Source: a virus. From it: DNA of 64,000 nucleotides. The translations under genes were made by a program, and so were the position numbers. Of the stretch, positions 26,939 to 37,147 are shown in pieces. Location of the stretch: the IMG/VR virus record IMGVR_UViG_3300019926_000016. One strand, given 5' to 3'. Below the pieces are notes generated by a model. It searched no databases, was not told the origin of the DNA, and saw nothing but the letters and a program-made list of their open reading frames with translations. Position 1 is the first letter of the stretch; each line of letters starts with the position of its first letter.

Positions 26939-28161
26939 TGGACTTTCAGAAATCTCTCTGGAAGGCAAGTACCGTCTTTGCTCCTGACTTTCCGCGTCAG
27001 GTTTCATCAGGAACGACAATTCAGGAGCGCGTAGACCGACAGGTAGATTTCTGCGAATCTCTGGAACAGGCAAGAGAAAACGGGATGCCGGGGTACTACT
27101 CGGTCTATTCGTTCCCTCGGGGACACTCGAAGGACGGAAAAATCCCGAAGGTCGATTGTGTCTTCATCGACCTTGATATTCCGGGCGACGACTACGACCC
27201 GGAACAAGAAAAGACCGGCTTCGATGCGTGGGAACGTGAAATGAGTGCGTTGCTTGCAAGAGCGCGTATGATTGCTTCCGCCATTATCGAGTCGGATTCT
27301 GCGAACCAAGACAACTTCAGAGTGGTCCTATCGGGTCATAAGGGACTTCACATCTATCTCGATTTCCCGACTATCTCTACGAACAACGGCGACTTCCATC
27401 AATTCAAGAACGGTCTGAAGAGTTACGGCGACAACATTATGTCGTGGCTCGATTCAATCGCCGGAGGCGTCAACATCGACTCGTGGGTTGACGTAGACGC
27501 TTCGGACCTCGGGCGGTTGGCACGTCACCCCAACACCGTGCATCACGGTGCAGAATACGATGACACGGAACGGTGGTGCGTTCCGATAACGATGGAAGAG
27601 TTGTCTGAACTTCGGGTTGAAGATTACTTGGACTACACAGAGTCGCCGCGTTGGATAAGTGGATACAGTAGGAATCCATCCGAGAACGCCGGAGAAAAGG
27701 TCGTACAGGCAATCAGAACAGCATCGTCTACCGGAAGCGATTACTCTAACAACGGTTCTTCTGACACGAGTTACCACGATTCTGAGGCCGTAAGCAATTA
27801 CGGCGATAGAGTAAACGAAGAAATCACTCTCGAAGACGTGGCATTTCTCACTTCAAACAAGCCGTGCATCGAGGCGTTCCGAAACCGGGATGACGCCTTT
27901 AACCACGGCAACGCCTCACACCTGATGGAGTTGAACATCATCGGTCGATTCGTGGAGATGGGCGTCCCGCGAGACGTTATCCACAATTTCTTCTCCACCC
28001 TTCCCGGTTACAGACAAGACTACACTGACAAACAGATTGACGAAGCAATTGGCAGGGAGTACAGGGAGTTTAATTGTAACAAGATAGCAGAACGTGCCGG
28101 GATGTTCTGTCTCGGTGACGGTTGTTCTGTCTATCAGCGGAACGACGACATCCAGAAATAG
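26938..28161 (+). CDS. archaeo-eukaryotic primase with fused PriL-like Cys-rich C-terminal domain
   Basis: FIDLD, SGHKGLHIY, RLARHPNT; C-terminal KPCI...FNCNKI...FCLGDGC. Confidence 0.85.
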   Translation: MDFQKSLWKASTVFAPDFPRQVSSGTTIQERVDRQVDFCESLEQARENGMPGYYSVYSFPRGHSKDGKIPKVDCVFIDLDIPGDDYDPEQEKTGFDAWEREMSALLARARMIASAIIESDSANQDNFRVVLSGHKGLHIYLDFPTISTNNGDFHQFKNGLKSYGDNIMSWLDSIAGGVNIDSWVDVDASDLGRLARHPNTVHHGAEYDDTERWCVPITMEELSELRVEDYLDYTESPRWISGYSRNPSENAGEKVVQAIRTASSTGSDYSNNGSSDTSYHDSEAVSNYGDRVNEEITLEDVAFLTSNKPCIEAFRNRDDAFNHGNASHLMELNIIGRFVEMGVPRDVIHNFFSTLPGYRQDYTDKQIDEAIGREYREFNCNKIAERAGMFCLGDGCSVYQRNDDIQK

Positions 28162-28195
28162 CGGCTATCCCTCACAATAGGGACCAAACTATAAC

Positions 28196-29413
28196 TTGAA
28201 CGATAACGCAAAAATCGGTTCGGAGCAACGACAAAAACTGTTCGGACTTCTTGTTCAAGAGGGAAGTGCGAATTACGACGAAATAATGGACCATCTTGGT
28301 GTGGGCCGTTCGACAGCCCGTGACCACATCAGTAATCTCCAGAACGAAGATGGAATCCCTCTCGGAACGCGCCGAGAAGGTGGGCAAAAGGTGTTCTACT
28401 ATCGTCCCGATGCAAAAGAACACCCAGTAAACCCGAGTGAACCAACAGGGGAACTTCGTTCGAAGGCTTCAATCACGAAAGACGCCAAAGAAAAGATTCA
28501 CGAACTGATTCAGTATCTCGATAATGACCTGAATGGCCGTTCTCCTGCCATTCCCGAGTCGGGACTTTCGGTTCGTGAAAGCCACGAAGATATGGTCGTC
28601 CACCGTTCCGACGACCATATTGGAGCGTCCTACACCGACGAATTTGGAAACAGTACCTTCGATGCTGAAATTGGCATCGAGCGCGTCAGGACTGTTTCTG
28701 ATAAAGTCTTCAATCTGAAAGCTCGGCAAGAGGCCGCAGGTGTTGACTTCGACACGCTCCACATCGTGATGGGCGGCGACCACCTTCACGGAATCGGGAT
28801 TCACTCTGACCAGCCGTGGGAAACCGAACTTTCCCTTCCTGAACAGTTGAGCGTTGCGTCTGACCTGTATATGGAATTTATCGACCGGGCTACGGAAGAG
28901 TTTGAATCCGTTCAGGTCGTCTGTCAGAAAGGCAATCACGGAGAACTTCGCGGTGACGGAATGGGACCAGATGACAACGTTGACACTGCGTTGTTTATGG
29001 CTCTCGACCGCCGCGTTCGTGACCGGGACTACGACAACGTGAAATTCGTTCGCTCCGAAGCAGGAAACTTCACTAACTTCCCGCTCCGTGGAGAGACGCT
29101 GAGTGACTGTCAGCACCGCGCACATCTCCGTCACGGTCAACACAGTCTGATTCACATAGGAACGTCGGCGGGCAAGAAGAGATGGCTTCAGTGGCTCCAT
29201 CAGCACGACTTCGACATTGCCTATCGAGGGCACTACCACGAGTTTCGTATCGAGAATATCGTCTCGAACCCCGTGGTTATGTCCGGCGCAATCGTCCCGC
29301 CGAGTGACTTCGAAGAGTCACTTGCGGAATGGTCGGAACCTGCCGCAACAGTCCACGGCGTAAGCGATGAACGTCCGATGACTTGGTTCTACCCGATTGA
29401 CTTTACAGAGTAG
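28196..29413 (+). CDS. HTH-fused calcineurin-like metallophosphoesterase
   Basis: N-terminal wHTH; SDDH, GGDHLHG, GNHG, RHG and GHYH motifs. Confidence 0.85.
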   Translation: MNDNAKIGSEQRQKLFGLLVQEGSANYDEIMDHLGVGRSTARDHISNLQNEDGIPLGTRREGGQKVFYYRPDAKEHPVNPSEPTGELRSKASITKDAKEKIHELIQYLDNDLNGRSPAIPESGLSVRESHEDMVVHRSDDHIGASYTDEFGNSTFDAEIGIERVRTVSDKVFNLKARQEAAGVDFDTLHIVMGGDHLHGIGIHSDQPWETELSLPEQLSVASDLYMEFIDRATEEFESVQVVCQKGNHGELRGDGMGPDDNVDTALFMALDRRVRDRDYDNVKFVRSEAGNFTNFPLRGETLSDCQHRAHLRHGQHSLIHIGTSAGKKRWLQWLHQHDFDIAYRGHYHEFRIENIVSNPVVMSGAIVPPSDFEESLAEWSEPAATVHGVSDERPMTWFYPIDFTE

Positions 29414-29512
29414 GAAACTCGGAAGGAGGGGCGTTTCCGGGTTTCCGGTAAGACTCAAAGTGAACAGACTTAATACATAGGCGGTCGTGAGAAGTAGTAG
29501 ACGCACCTCAAA

Positions 29513-29872
29513 TTGTCAATGCCCGAAACACATTCGCGTGAGGGGAAACGTGTTGAAAGAACAGTAGCGACCGACGACCCACATTCCAACTACTCAAGAG
29601 TAAATCCAATCACAGGCGAAAGAATTAAACCGGGTATTCCTGTCTTAACGAGTAGCCCAATTGGAAGCATAGTAGAAAAGGATGTTAAGCATTATCTGAA
29701 TCTCTGTCCAGAGTGTAATGTCAGTGCAAGGTACACACATAAATCGGAACCAGTGTGTCCCAACTGCGGAATCATTTGCTCTGGTCGAGATTCGGAAACC
29801 AAGCAACGGGTCGTTCGAGACGCAAAAGCGGCAGGTCGTGTGGACGGCGAGAGGGAGATGAAATCTGTATGA
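29513..29872 (+). CDS. zinc-ribbon protein (TFIIB-type ribbon)
   Basis: CPEC...PVCPNCGII. Confidence 0.65.
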   Translation: MSMPETHSREGKRVERTVATDDPHSNYSRVNPITGERIKPGIPVLTSSPIGSIVEKDVKHYLNLCPECNVSARYTHKSEPVCPNCGIICSGRDSETKQRVVRDAKAAGRVDGEREMKSV

Positions 29873-30588
29873 ACGCAGAACAAATTGACTGGTCGGAACA
29901 GGAAACACAAGCACGAACAAGAGTTGACACCGAAGGTAACTTCATCGAAGTCAACGAAAAGGCCGTTGAATTATTCGGCTATTCGGAAAAAGAACTTCTT
30001 GAGATGGATTGTTCTGAAGTTTTGGCAAATCCGTCTTGGGAAAATGGAATCGAGTTTAAGAGACTCCTATCTGGTTCTGAGAACTATACGCAGATGAAAA
30101 TTCTCCGTAAGGATGGAACAATCGCTCTTGTAGCCTTCAAAACTTTCCCTTCTCTGACTGAAGATGGACGGGTTCTCGAATCAAAGGCCAAAATTATCGA
30201 AGAATTGTCTTCTGACCCGATTCAGGAACCGGATGATTCCAATCCAGAGGAAATCCAATTCGAAGGTATCTCAGATGAAGAATTGTCTGAGATAGTCGAA
30301 AACATTCGCGTTGATGCTCCAGAAGGTGAAATCCCACTCAACGCGATAATGATGGACATTGCAGTAGGCCACAACGAACTGGAACAGTACAAAACTGGCG
30401 CGTTATCGACTTACGAAGCAGTTGATTCGCGTTTGAAAGAAGAGCAAGAACGAAATCCAGACTCGAAAGAGTGCCAAGTCTTGCAAGAAGTCAAAAAGTC
30501 TGCCTTCGGACTCTACCTTCGAGTCCAAAGAGGCGACGAAGAATTGCACGGTAACAGAGACGGACGATACTCAGGATACTTCAACTGA
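29869..30588 (+). CDS. PAS-domain protein
   Basis: VDTEGNFIEVNEKAVELFGYSEKELLEM...ILRKDGT; start ATG 29869; unrecognised helical C-terminal half. Confidence 0.8.
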   Translation: MNAEQIDWSEQETQARTRVDTEGNFIEVNEKAVELFGYSEKELLEMDCSEVLANPSWENGIEFKRLLSGSENYTQMKILRKDGTIALVAFKTFPSLTEDGRVLESKAKIIEELSSDPIQEPDDSNPEEIQFEGISDEELSEIVENIRVDAPEGEIPLNAIMMDIAVGHNELEQYKTGALSTYEAVDSRLKEEQERNPDSKECQVLQEVKKSAFGLYLRVQRGDEELHGNRDGRYSGYFN

Positions 30589-30896
30589 TGCTACAGGAAG
30601 AAACACTCCGCGAAGTAGAACGACGGAAATACGAAGAACCGGAAGGTGAACTAATCGAGGTACTGGGAACCGGAACGAATACCGTGACTGTTCTCACGAG
30701 AGTTGAATCCGAGAACGCGAGGATAGAAACCCCGCCGATTGACCCGGACCAACTGACAGTCAGTGAGATACAGGATGCGTTAGGAAACGAAGGCTATGAT
30801 TGGAATCAGCCTGTCCTTCTTGGCCTTCTCGAAGCGGAAAAAGAGGGCAAGAACCGAACGACAGCAATCAACGCAATCGAAGAACGACTACAATGA
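30588..30896 (+). CDS. hypothetical protein
   Basis: LTVSEIQDAL...EKEGKNRTTAINAIEERL small helical domain. Confidence 0.7.
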   Translation: MLQEETLREVERRKYEEPEGELIEVLGTGTNTVTVLTRVESENARIETPPIDPDQLTVSEIQDALGNEGYDWNQPVLLGLLEAEKEGKNRTTAINAIEERLQ

Positions 30897-31372
30897 ACTG
30901 GAACTATTGGCTCCCGTGGCGTGAATATCCACAGGACGATGGCAAAGACTCGAACTACGAAGATGAAGTCATAGACCGATGTGACCACGAATGGGGTGGC
31001 TGGTGCGAATCAGAAAACGGGAAACGTCATCCTGTCCTCGCTCCACAGAATAGATTCTATCCGTCTCCGAGAATTGAAGACGGTTATCTGGTATTCACTG
31101 TCGTCGCAGAGAAAATGAAATACTGTAAATTCTGCGGCGAAGCTATGGGTCCTCGTCTCGTGGATGACGGAGAAGCCGCAATTGCGTTAGACTTCGTGAT
31201 AGATTCTGACCGTTCAATATCGGATGCTCTATCGTGTTCCGATAAAGGTGATAGTGGCCGCATCCTTGTCAACGAAAGTGAGCAAGAAGATGATGGCGCA
31301 CCGCTCGTCCCTGTCACTGAAGAACCACAGGCAGAAGACAAGCCCACCGAAGCAGGTGGGCCGACTGACTGA
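30893..31372 (+). CDS. hypothetical protein
   Basis: Start ATG 30893 (MNWNYW); CDH...CKFC. Confidence 0.65.
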   Translation: MNWNYWLPWREYPQDDGKDSNYEDEVIDRCDHEWGGWCESENGKRHPVLAPQNRFYPSPRIEDGYLVFTVVAEKMKYCKFCGEAMGPRLVDDGEAAIALDFVIDSDRSISDALSCSDKGDSGRILVNESEQEDDGAPLVPVTEEPQAEDKPTEAGGPTD

Positions 31373-31719
31373 TGGCCGCTGGTAAACTCGTGGGTGTTGA
31401 CTTCGATAAGACGCTCACAGACCCGGACCAAGACGAATGGAGCGGAGCGTTCGAGCAAGACCCAAACGACGAAATGGTGGAGGCGACCAGAAATATGTAC
31501 TTTGGTGGAAACAAAGTCATAATCTGGACCGCTCGGCAGTGGTCCGAAGCACCACAAATTGTCGGTTGGCTTCGCGTTCACGAAGTCCCATTCCACGGTC
31601 TTCAATGTGCAAAGGGAGGTGCTGACAAGTACATTGACGACAAGACCGTGACGCCTGAAGAGTTTCTTGGAGAAGAGACAGTGATGCGTGTCAATTCTCC
31701 CGAAACGACAACTGACTAA
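31372..31719 (+). CDS. HAD-superfamily phosphatase (minimal, PNKP-phosphatase-like)
   Basis: VDFDKTL, WTAR, K...YIDDK. Confidence 0.85.
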   Translation: MAAGKLVGVDFDKTLTDPDQDEWSGAFEQDPNDEMVEATRNMYFGGNKVIIWTARQWSEAPQIVGWLRVHEVPFHGLQCAKGGADKYIDDKTVTPEEFLGEETVMRVNSPETTTD

Positions 31720-31907
31720 TGGCGTTCACGTTGAACGTAGAGCATACGATTGTCGGTGGAAAGGCCGTTCTTGAGAAGTTCGAGAACGTGGCTTCGTTCG
31801 ATAATCCACCGATGACTGACACGCTTCACATCAAATACGCAGACGACCGCGAGGACGATAAACTGAACTACGGAACCGTAGTTCGAGCGAAAGATAACGA
31901 TGACTGA
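31719..31907 (+). CDS. hypothetical protein
   Basis: 62 aa, coupled. Confidence 0.55.
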   Translation: MAFTLNVEHTIVGGKAVLEKFENVASFDNPPMTDTLHIKYADDREDDKLNYGTVVRAKDNDD

Positions 31908-32163
31908 AAACGAAACAGAAGACCTGACCGAAGGAGACGAACCGCAACGTCGTGACCCGAATATGTTCGAGATAACCGCAGTCCGGCAGTTCGAAATCGG
32001 GCTAACGTCACAACAGGAACAACAGATGCTCGACCGTACCGATGAAGATACGGTTGAAGAAGCAATTGAGAGGATGTTCCTTCAAAGAGAAATACAGAAC
32101 ATCGAACCAGACCAGCGACTAATCTACGCTGATGCAAAAGCCAATGAATCATCCGACAACTGA
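31900..32163 (+). CDS. hypothetical protein
   Basis: 87 aa, coupled. Confidence 0.6.
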   Translation: MTENETEDLTEGDEPQRRDPNMFEITAVRQFEIGLTSQQEQQMLDRTDEDTVEEAIERMFLQREIQNIEPDQRLIYADAKANESSDN

Positions 32164-32545
32164 AACCGAAAAGAGGCGAAAGGCACGCAGTGCAGTAAGC
32201 ATAATGGAAGATTCCAAGAGTCTCTACGAACGCAAGAACGACGATTACGGCGACTCTTGGAAGTTGGCAGGAAAGACGCTCTCGATGTGGCTCCGACATC
32301 AGGGAGTCGAAGAGTTGCGTGTCCCGGTCAACGAATACACGATGAACAGTATCGGCCTGTTCACTCGCCGTCTCGACAAGATGATTCGAGAGTTTAACGG
32401 ATGGTTCGCTCTCGAAGAAGGCGACGAGTTTCAGGTCAACGAAAGTATTGCAGAAACTCACCAAGACGACGTTCCTTACGCGGCAATGCACACTCAACTC
32501 GCTGAAGAGTACGCATACGCCGACGTAGAAGACGTACTTCCCTGA
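32144..32545 (+). CDS. DUF1599-like (nucleotide-modification-associated, MazG-like fold) protein
   Basis: YERKNDDYGDSW...RRLDKMIR...ESIAETHQDDVPYAAM. Confidence 0.65.
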   Translation: MNHPTTETEKRRKARSAVSIMEDSKSLYERKNDDYGDSWKLAGKTLSMWLRHQGVEELRVPVNEYTMNSIGLFTRRLDKMIREFNGWFALEEGDEFQVNESIAETHQDDVPYAAMHTQLAEEYAYADVEDVLP

Positions 32546-32547
32546 CA

Positions 32548-32760
32548 ATGACAGAAATAGACCAAACCGCACTACAACGGACGCTCGATGAAGAACAAGC
32601 AGAAGAAATGCTCGATGATTTGGAGAACATCGAGAACACAGTACCGGAGGGTGCTGACCTCGATGACATCCAAGGCTGGAAGTTGACCTTCACGTTCCAA
32701 CGTGAGGATATTCCAGTCCTCAAAGACGAAGTGAGAGAGATAGTCGATGACGGAGAATGA
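32548..32760 (+). CDS. hypothetical protein
   Basis: 70 aa, acidic. Confidence 0.6.
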   Translation: MTEIDQTALQRTLDEEQAEEMLDDLENIENTVPEGADLDDIQGWKLTFTFQREDIPVLKDEVREIVDDGE

Positions 32761-32911
32761 TTCTCTCGATGAAGATGACATAGACACGTTGGCCGAGAAG
32801 ATACAGCAAGCAATCAAACGCACAGAAAACTTCCTTTCGACCCTTCCCGAGTTTGAACCTCGGAGCAATCGGTCACAGAAGTTCCGTCGAGTCCGAAACA
32901 AAAGGAAATGA
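32747..32911 (+). CDS. small hypothetical protein (54 aa)
   Basis: MTENDSLDED...RNKRK fills the gap and overlaps both neighbours. Confidence 0.5.
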   Translation: MTENDSLDEDDIDTLAEKIQQAIKRTENFLSTLPEFEPRSNRSQKFRRVRNKRK

Positions 32912-33093
32912 GCAAGACAGAACACAAACAGTGGGCCTTCATCTTCCACCATCTCGGCAAAGAAAGTCTTCGGAAGATGCTCTTCAAAGCCGCGATGCAG
33001 AAAGATGAAGAAGGTCGTGTTGTCCTCGAATTTGAAGGCGACGAAGCGATGGACATCACTGACCACGTAGCAGAATTGGAATCAGACTTATGA
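32908..33093 (+). CDS. hypothetical protein
   Basis: 61 aa, ATGA-coupled. Confidence 0.6.
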   Translation: MSKTEHKQWAFIFHHLGKESLRKMLFKAAMQKDEEGRVVLEFEGDEAMDITDHVAELESDL

Positions 33094-33437
33094 CAAAAGA
33101 AATCACAATCGAGTACAAAGGCGGCAGTCGGCGTATCGAACTTCAGTATCCGGGTGACAAGACGAAAATGCACCAGATAGCGACTGGACCCGATGACTTC
33201 CGATTCAACAAGACGTGTCTTGATTGGCTTCAGGAAACTGTTGAACTTGGGACCGATATGAGTCAAGAAACGATTCGCGGAATGACGATGGCTCAAGGAA
33301 TCGGCGTAGTTGGCGAAGTCCTCGGGTACTGGTCTGAGAAATCAAACCAAGATTCAGACTCGGGAAGGGTCGAAGAGAAAGTGAACGGTATCGAAATAGA
33401 TGAACAGGGCGCAGTTGACTTGGAGGATATGCGGTGA
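33090..33437 (+). CDS. hypothetical protein
   Basis: 115 aa, coupled. Confidence 0.65.
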   Translation: MTKEITIEYKGGSRRIELQYPGDKTKMHQIATGPDDFRFNKTCLDWLQETVELGTDMSQETIRGMTMAQGIGVVGEVLGYWSEKSNQDSDSGRVEEKVNGIEIDEQGAVDLEDMR

Positions 33438-34429
33438 CTCACACTGACACCTCAATTGCTGGAATCGAACCGGGAACGTCGTTGTCGGTGTCAGATGAAC
33501 GCCGCGAGAAAGGACTTGCATATTGTTCCAAGTCCAGAATCAAGACGTACAAACAATGCCCGGCGAAATTCTACTGGAAATACTGGTGTGAACATCGGCC
33601 ACCGGGAACGATGGCGACAACTCGTGGCTCACAGATTCACGAAGCGTTCGAGATATTCCACGAAAACCTTCAGGCGTATCTCGAAGAACACGGAGAGAAA
33701 CCTGACCGTTTCACTCCGCTAATGCCTGACGACTTCGGGCTAACATCGCAGTGGCTTGACTACATCGGTTCCTTTTGGGAGTTTGAGATGCGTCGGTACA
33801 ACGAGTCGTTCCGTTCGATTGCCTTCGCCGCTTCTCGAATCCCAAGCGGAATGATAGACGTAGATGAACAGTCACTCGATGCGTGGAATCCGCTTGAAGT
33901 AGAGGCAGAGTTTTGGATGGGAGAACCGCCAAGCGACTACGATGGCGACCCTGACTACATAGACTCTAACGGCCCGCCCGTTGGTGACATCCCGTGGATG
34001 GGAAAAGCTGACGTGGTTCTCAACTCGGCTTCGGTCCCCGGCGTGACTGGCTCCGGTGTGACCATCCTCGACTACAAAACCGGGAACTGTCCGAAAGTAA
34101 AGTACGAGGGCGCGCCCTTCTTCGATGAATTGATGGAAAACGTGTTCCTCGAAACCGAGTATTACGGCTGGATGGCCGAACACGTCTACGATGTTGACGC
34201 CGTGGCTATCTACTACCCGAAAGATGACGAGCTAATCGTCGGGGAGTACGGCGTTCAAGAAAGACGTTGGAAAATCAAAGAAGCCGCGCTCGGGATGCAG
34301 GAACGACCGGGAGAACTGAACGAAGATGGAGTGCCTGAAAACTTCGACTTCGAACCACAGAATCTCTGTCACTGGGGCGATGGGTGTTGCTGGTTCTATA
34401 ATGTCTGCCCAAGTACAGAAGGACAATGA
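33434..34429 (+). CDS. Cas4/RecB-like PD-(D/E)xK exonuclease with split Fe-S cysteines
   Basis: SKSRIKTYKQCP, GKADVV, ILDYKTG, CHW...CWFYNVCP. Confidence 0.85.
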   Translation: MTHTDTSIAGIEPGTSLSVSDERREKGLAYCSKSRIKTYKQCPAKFYWKYWCEHRPPGTMATTRGSQIHEAFEIFHENLQAYLEEHGEKPDRFTPLMPDDFGLTSQWLDYIGSFWEFEMRRYNESFRSIAFAASRIPSGMIDVDEQSLDAWNPLEVEAEFWMGEPPSDYDGDPDYIDSNGPPVGDIPWMGKADVVLNSASVPGVTGSGVTILDYKTGNCPKVKYEGAPFFDELMENVFLETEYYGWMAEHVYDVDAVAIYYPKDDELIVGEYGVQERRWKIKEAALGMQERPGELNEDGVPENFDFEPQNLCHWGDGCCWFYNVCPSTEGQ

Positions 34430-35112
34430 AAGAAGAAGCAAAACACGAAGATAAAGAGTGGCTTCAAGAACAGTACGAAAATGGAAAAACTACGCGAGAG
34501 ATAGCCGAAGAAACCGAAGTCGGCAAGAGTGCAATTGCTCGCCGATGTCGTGGTTTCACTCGAAAGTGGAAGCAAGTTAGTTGGCTTGAGGAAGAGTACG
34601 TCGTAAAGAATCAAACACAAGAAGAGGTAGCCGAAGGACTACCTGTTGGACAAGCCTGCATCAGTAAGTGGTTGAAAAAGCGCGGAGTTGAGAAACCGTG
34701 GCACAACAAGGCGGTTCTCGAAGAACTCTATGTAGAAAAAGAAATGTCTTCGTTAGACATAGCAAAAATGTTCGATGTTGTTCACGCGACAATCCTTCAC
34801 AACTTGAAAGAGAACAACATCGAGGTAAGAGAACCACTTTGGGTTGTTCGCGCAGTTGACGAACCGGGTGCAGGAGAAGGTGAATCGCTCTATTACGGTC
34901 CAAACTGGCCGGAACAAAGAAAGGCGGCTCTGGAGAAGTATGATTACACTTGTCAGTATGACGGGTGTAATGAAACTAACCGAGGCAGACCGTTAGATGT
35001 TCATCACATCAAGCCTCTTCGGACGTTTGATTCGTTTGAAGAGGCTCACCAAGTAGATAATCTGGTTCCGTACTGTAAAGAACACCACGGAAAAGTTGAA
35101 ACTCACAAATGA
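34426..35112 (+). CDS. HNH endonuclease with tandem HTH repeats
   Basis: Three WL(Q/E)E.Y...EIA/EVA units; CQYDGC...DVHHIKP...NLVPYCKEHH. Confidence 0.88.
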   Translation: MKEEAKHEDKEWLQEQYENGKTTREIAEETEVGKSAIARRCRGFTRKWKQVSWLEEEYVVKNQTQEEVAEGLPVGQACISKWLKKRGVEKPWHNKAVLEELYVEKEMSSLDIAKMFDVVHATILHNLKENNIEVREPLWVVRAVDEPGAGEGESLYYGPNWPEQRKAALEKYDYTCQYDGCNETNRGRPLDVHHIKPLRTFDSFEEAHQVDNLVPYCKEHHGKVETHK

Positions 35113-35300
35113 GTAACGGCTTCAGACGACTGACCGAGAACGACGTTTGCCCGGTTTGCGAGAACGCAGTACAGATTGTGGTTGAAAAGACCGGACGAGG
35201 AACAGACGTGAGGCATAATGGACTGTACGATGTTCACGAAGACCCCGACACTCCAGAAGGAGTAGCGCGGTACTACCTGCACTTCAACCAGTGGCCTTAA
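35109..35300 (+). CDS. small zinc-binding protein
   Basis: CPVC...H...H. Confidence 0.55.
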   Translation: MSNGFRRLTENDVCPVCENAVQIVVEKTGRGTDVRHNGLYDVHEDPDTPEGVARYYLHFNQWP

Positions 35301-35304
35301 TCGA

Positions 35305-35526
35305 TTGATGGAAAAAGAAAATACACACATCCCCGACCACGTTGATTGGAAAAAATTCGACTTGACTGTAAGTATCGAATATCAAGATGGAACTACCGAG
35401 ACTGCCACTGATAAGGCAGAAGGTGAAAGAAAATCAGATGCTGAAATGTTTGTAGAGTATCGGCTTGGACTCTATGATTGCATCAAAGAAATAGAAATAG
35501 AATCCGTAAAAGAGATTGATGACTGA
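35305..35526 (+). CDS. hypothetical protein
   Basis: 73 aa. Confidence 0.55.
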   Translation: MMEKENTHIPDHVDWKKFDLTVSIEYQDGTTETATDKAEGERKSDAEMFVEYRLGLYDCIKEIEIESVKEIDD

Positions 35527-35656
35527 AGGAAACACAGAGCTTGTCCTGCACGATGAATCACTCGACCACGTAGTTGCTGTCCTACGTGGTGAAGAACCGC
35601 TTGACCAAGGCGGAAAGTCCGAAACGATTGCAAACACCATCGACTCACAACGATAG

Positions 35657-36466
35657 ATGCCAATGCCTGAAACTGAAACACTCGAACTACGAACCGATAC
35701 GGTAGAACAACTGATTGACCTTCTCGAAGCATCCAGTGCTGGTGAAGCGGGCCAAATTATGCCCCGCGACCGCCGCCGGGCTGTGGCAGGCCGTCTCAAG
35801 CGACAGATTTCTCGACCGGATGCGATTGCACTTTGCGGCCTTCCCGGTGCTGGCAAGTCCTACGCCGCTGATAAACTCAGTACGGTGTACGACGCTCCGG
35901 TTGTCTCGATGGGTGATGCAATCCGTCAGAGTTTCAAAGAAGAGTACGGAACCGTTGACGACTCTGAACAGCTTGGAGAATACGCCGCACGATGGCGGGG
36001 CGAGAACCCGGAGGGGATACCTGAAAAAGTCACTGACATCGTTGACCAGCGGTATTCCGCAGGGACCGAAACTCCGTTGTTCATCATCGACGGCGTTCGC
36101 TCTGTCACGGACTATGAAGTGTTGAACGGCTACTTCGACAACTTCCACCTTCTCGAAGTGAAAACGAATTTCTACGCCCGTCTTTCACGGATTGCTGACC
36201 GTGGGAGAGAAGGAGAAGAATCGTTCCAAGCCGTAGACTTGGCAGAACGTGACACTCGGGAACTGCTCGACCTCGGCTTCAAGGAACTTCGAGAAGGCGA
36301 TTACATCGACTTAGAAGTAAAAAACGGAACCGGGCCGGATAAGTTGGCAATTCGTCTCTCGTCAGTGGTGGAGAACAACCTTTCCTACGACATCGAGAAC
36401 GGCGAACCGCTCGGAACCACATACAAACTGGAAGAGATGCGGCAACGAGTATCGACTGGGAAGTAA
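35657..36466 (+). CDS. P-loop nucleoside-monophosphate kinase (dephospho-CoA-kinase-like fold)
   Basis: GLPGAGKS, SMGDAIR, IIDGVRS, RLSRIADRGR. Confidence 0.8.
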   Translation: MPMPETETLELRTDTVEQLIDLLEASSAGEAGQIMPRDRRRAVAGRLKRQISRPDAIALCGLPGAGKSYAADKLSTVYDAPVVSMGDAIRQSFKEEYGTVDDSEQLGEYAARWRGENPEGIPEKVTDIVDQRYSAGTETPLFIIDGVRSVTDYEVLNGYFDNFHLLEVKTNFYARLSRIADRGREGEESFQAVDLAERDTRELLDLGFKELREGDYIDLEVKNGTGPDKLAIRLSSVVENNLSYDIENGEPLGTTYKLEEMRQRVSTGK

Positions 36467-36572
36467 AGACTTAACTCCCCACGGTTCAATTGTTTAGTAC
36501 GGAGACTCATTCTCCGGTGTCTCGAAACCGCCCTCGACCTTCCGGGTCGGGCGGCGGGACACAACCTGACCA

Positions 36573-36761
36573 ATGGAAACCATTCAACACACAAACGAAG
36601 TAGACTTCGAGAGCGCAGAAGTAGAGACGCTACTGACGCTTCTGCGAAAAGTCGAAGAAGCAGATAGTCCACAAGAGGCAATCTGGTTCGGAGAAGACGA
36701 CTTGCGGAAAGTTGAGTCGATTCGAAAACACATCGAGAGGACCACAGGACGTAGCCAATAA
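36573..36761 (+). CDS. hypothetical protein
   Basis: 62 aa, follows AAAGACTTAA at 36465 and a GC-rich structured leader. Confidence 0.6.
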   Translation: METIQHTNEVDFESAEVETLLTLLRKVEEADSPQEAIWFGEDDLRKVESIRKHIERTTGRSQ

Positions 36762-37147
36762 TGTACCCTGAGATTTCACCATCGCTCAAACTGAGAGAGA
36801 CTATCAGCCACCCGATTCGCAGTGAGGAAGTTATCGGGTTCCTCGGTCGGAACACGAAACTCGGCGGCACGGCAATCGTAATGAAAGAAGCCGCCGTTTC
36901 GGAGAGTATCGACGGACGCCGAGTTTTCGTCCCTGATGACTCGGCAGAAAAATTCGCTAAATCCAACTCGGAGTTAGTGGTTTTGTTGGAAAACGAAGTA
37001 TTTGCGATGATGGGAACTGACTTCGAGGAAAAATGTCTGATAAAGAAACGGAAATACGAAAGTGAAACCATTCACGTTCCAGAAGTCTCGCTGAATAGCA
37101 TTTGCTTCCGCAGGTTCTCGCGTTCAGAAGTGGATGTGAGCAACTGA
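36761..37147 (+). CDS. hypothetical protein
   Basis: 128 aa, coupled. Confidence 0.55.
   Translation: MYPEISPSLKLRETISHPIRSEEVIGFLGRNTKLGGTAIVMKEAAVSESIDGRRVFVPDDSAEKFAKSNSELVVLLENEVFAMMGTDFEEKCLIKKRKYESETIHVPEVSLNSICFRRFSRSEVDVSN

Noticed and set aside
33434-34429. Cas4-like gene as evidence of a CRISPR-Cas system
   Set aside because: No cas1, cas2 or array; stand-alone Cas4-like nucleases are common in archaeal viruses
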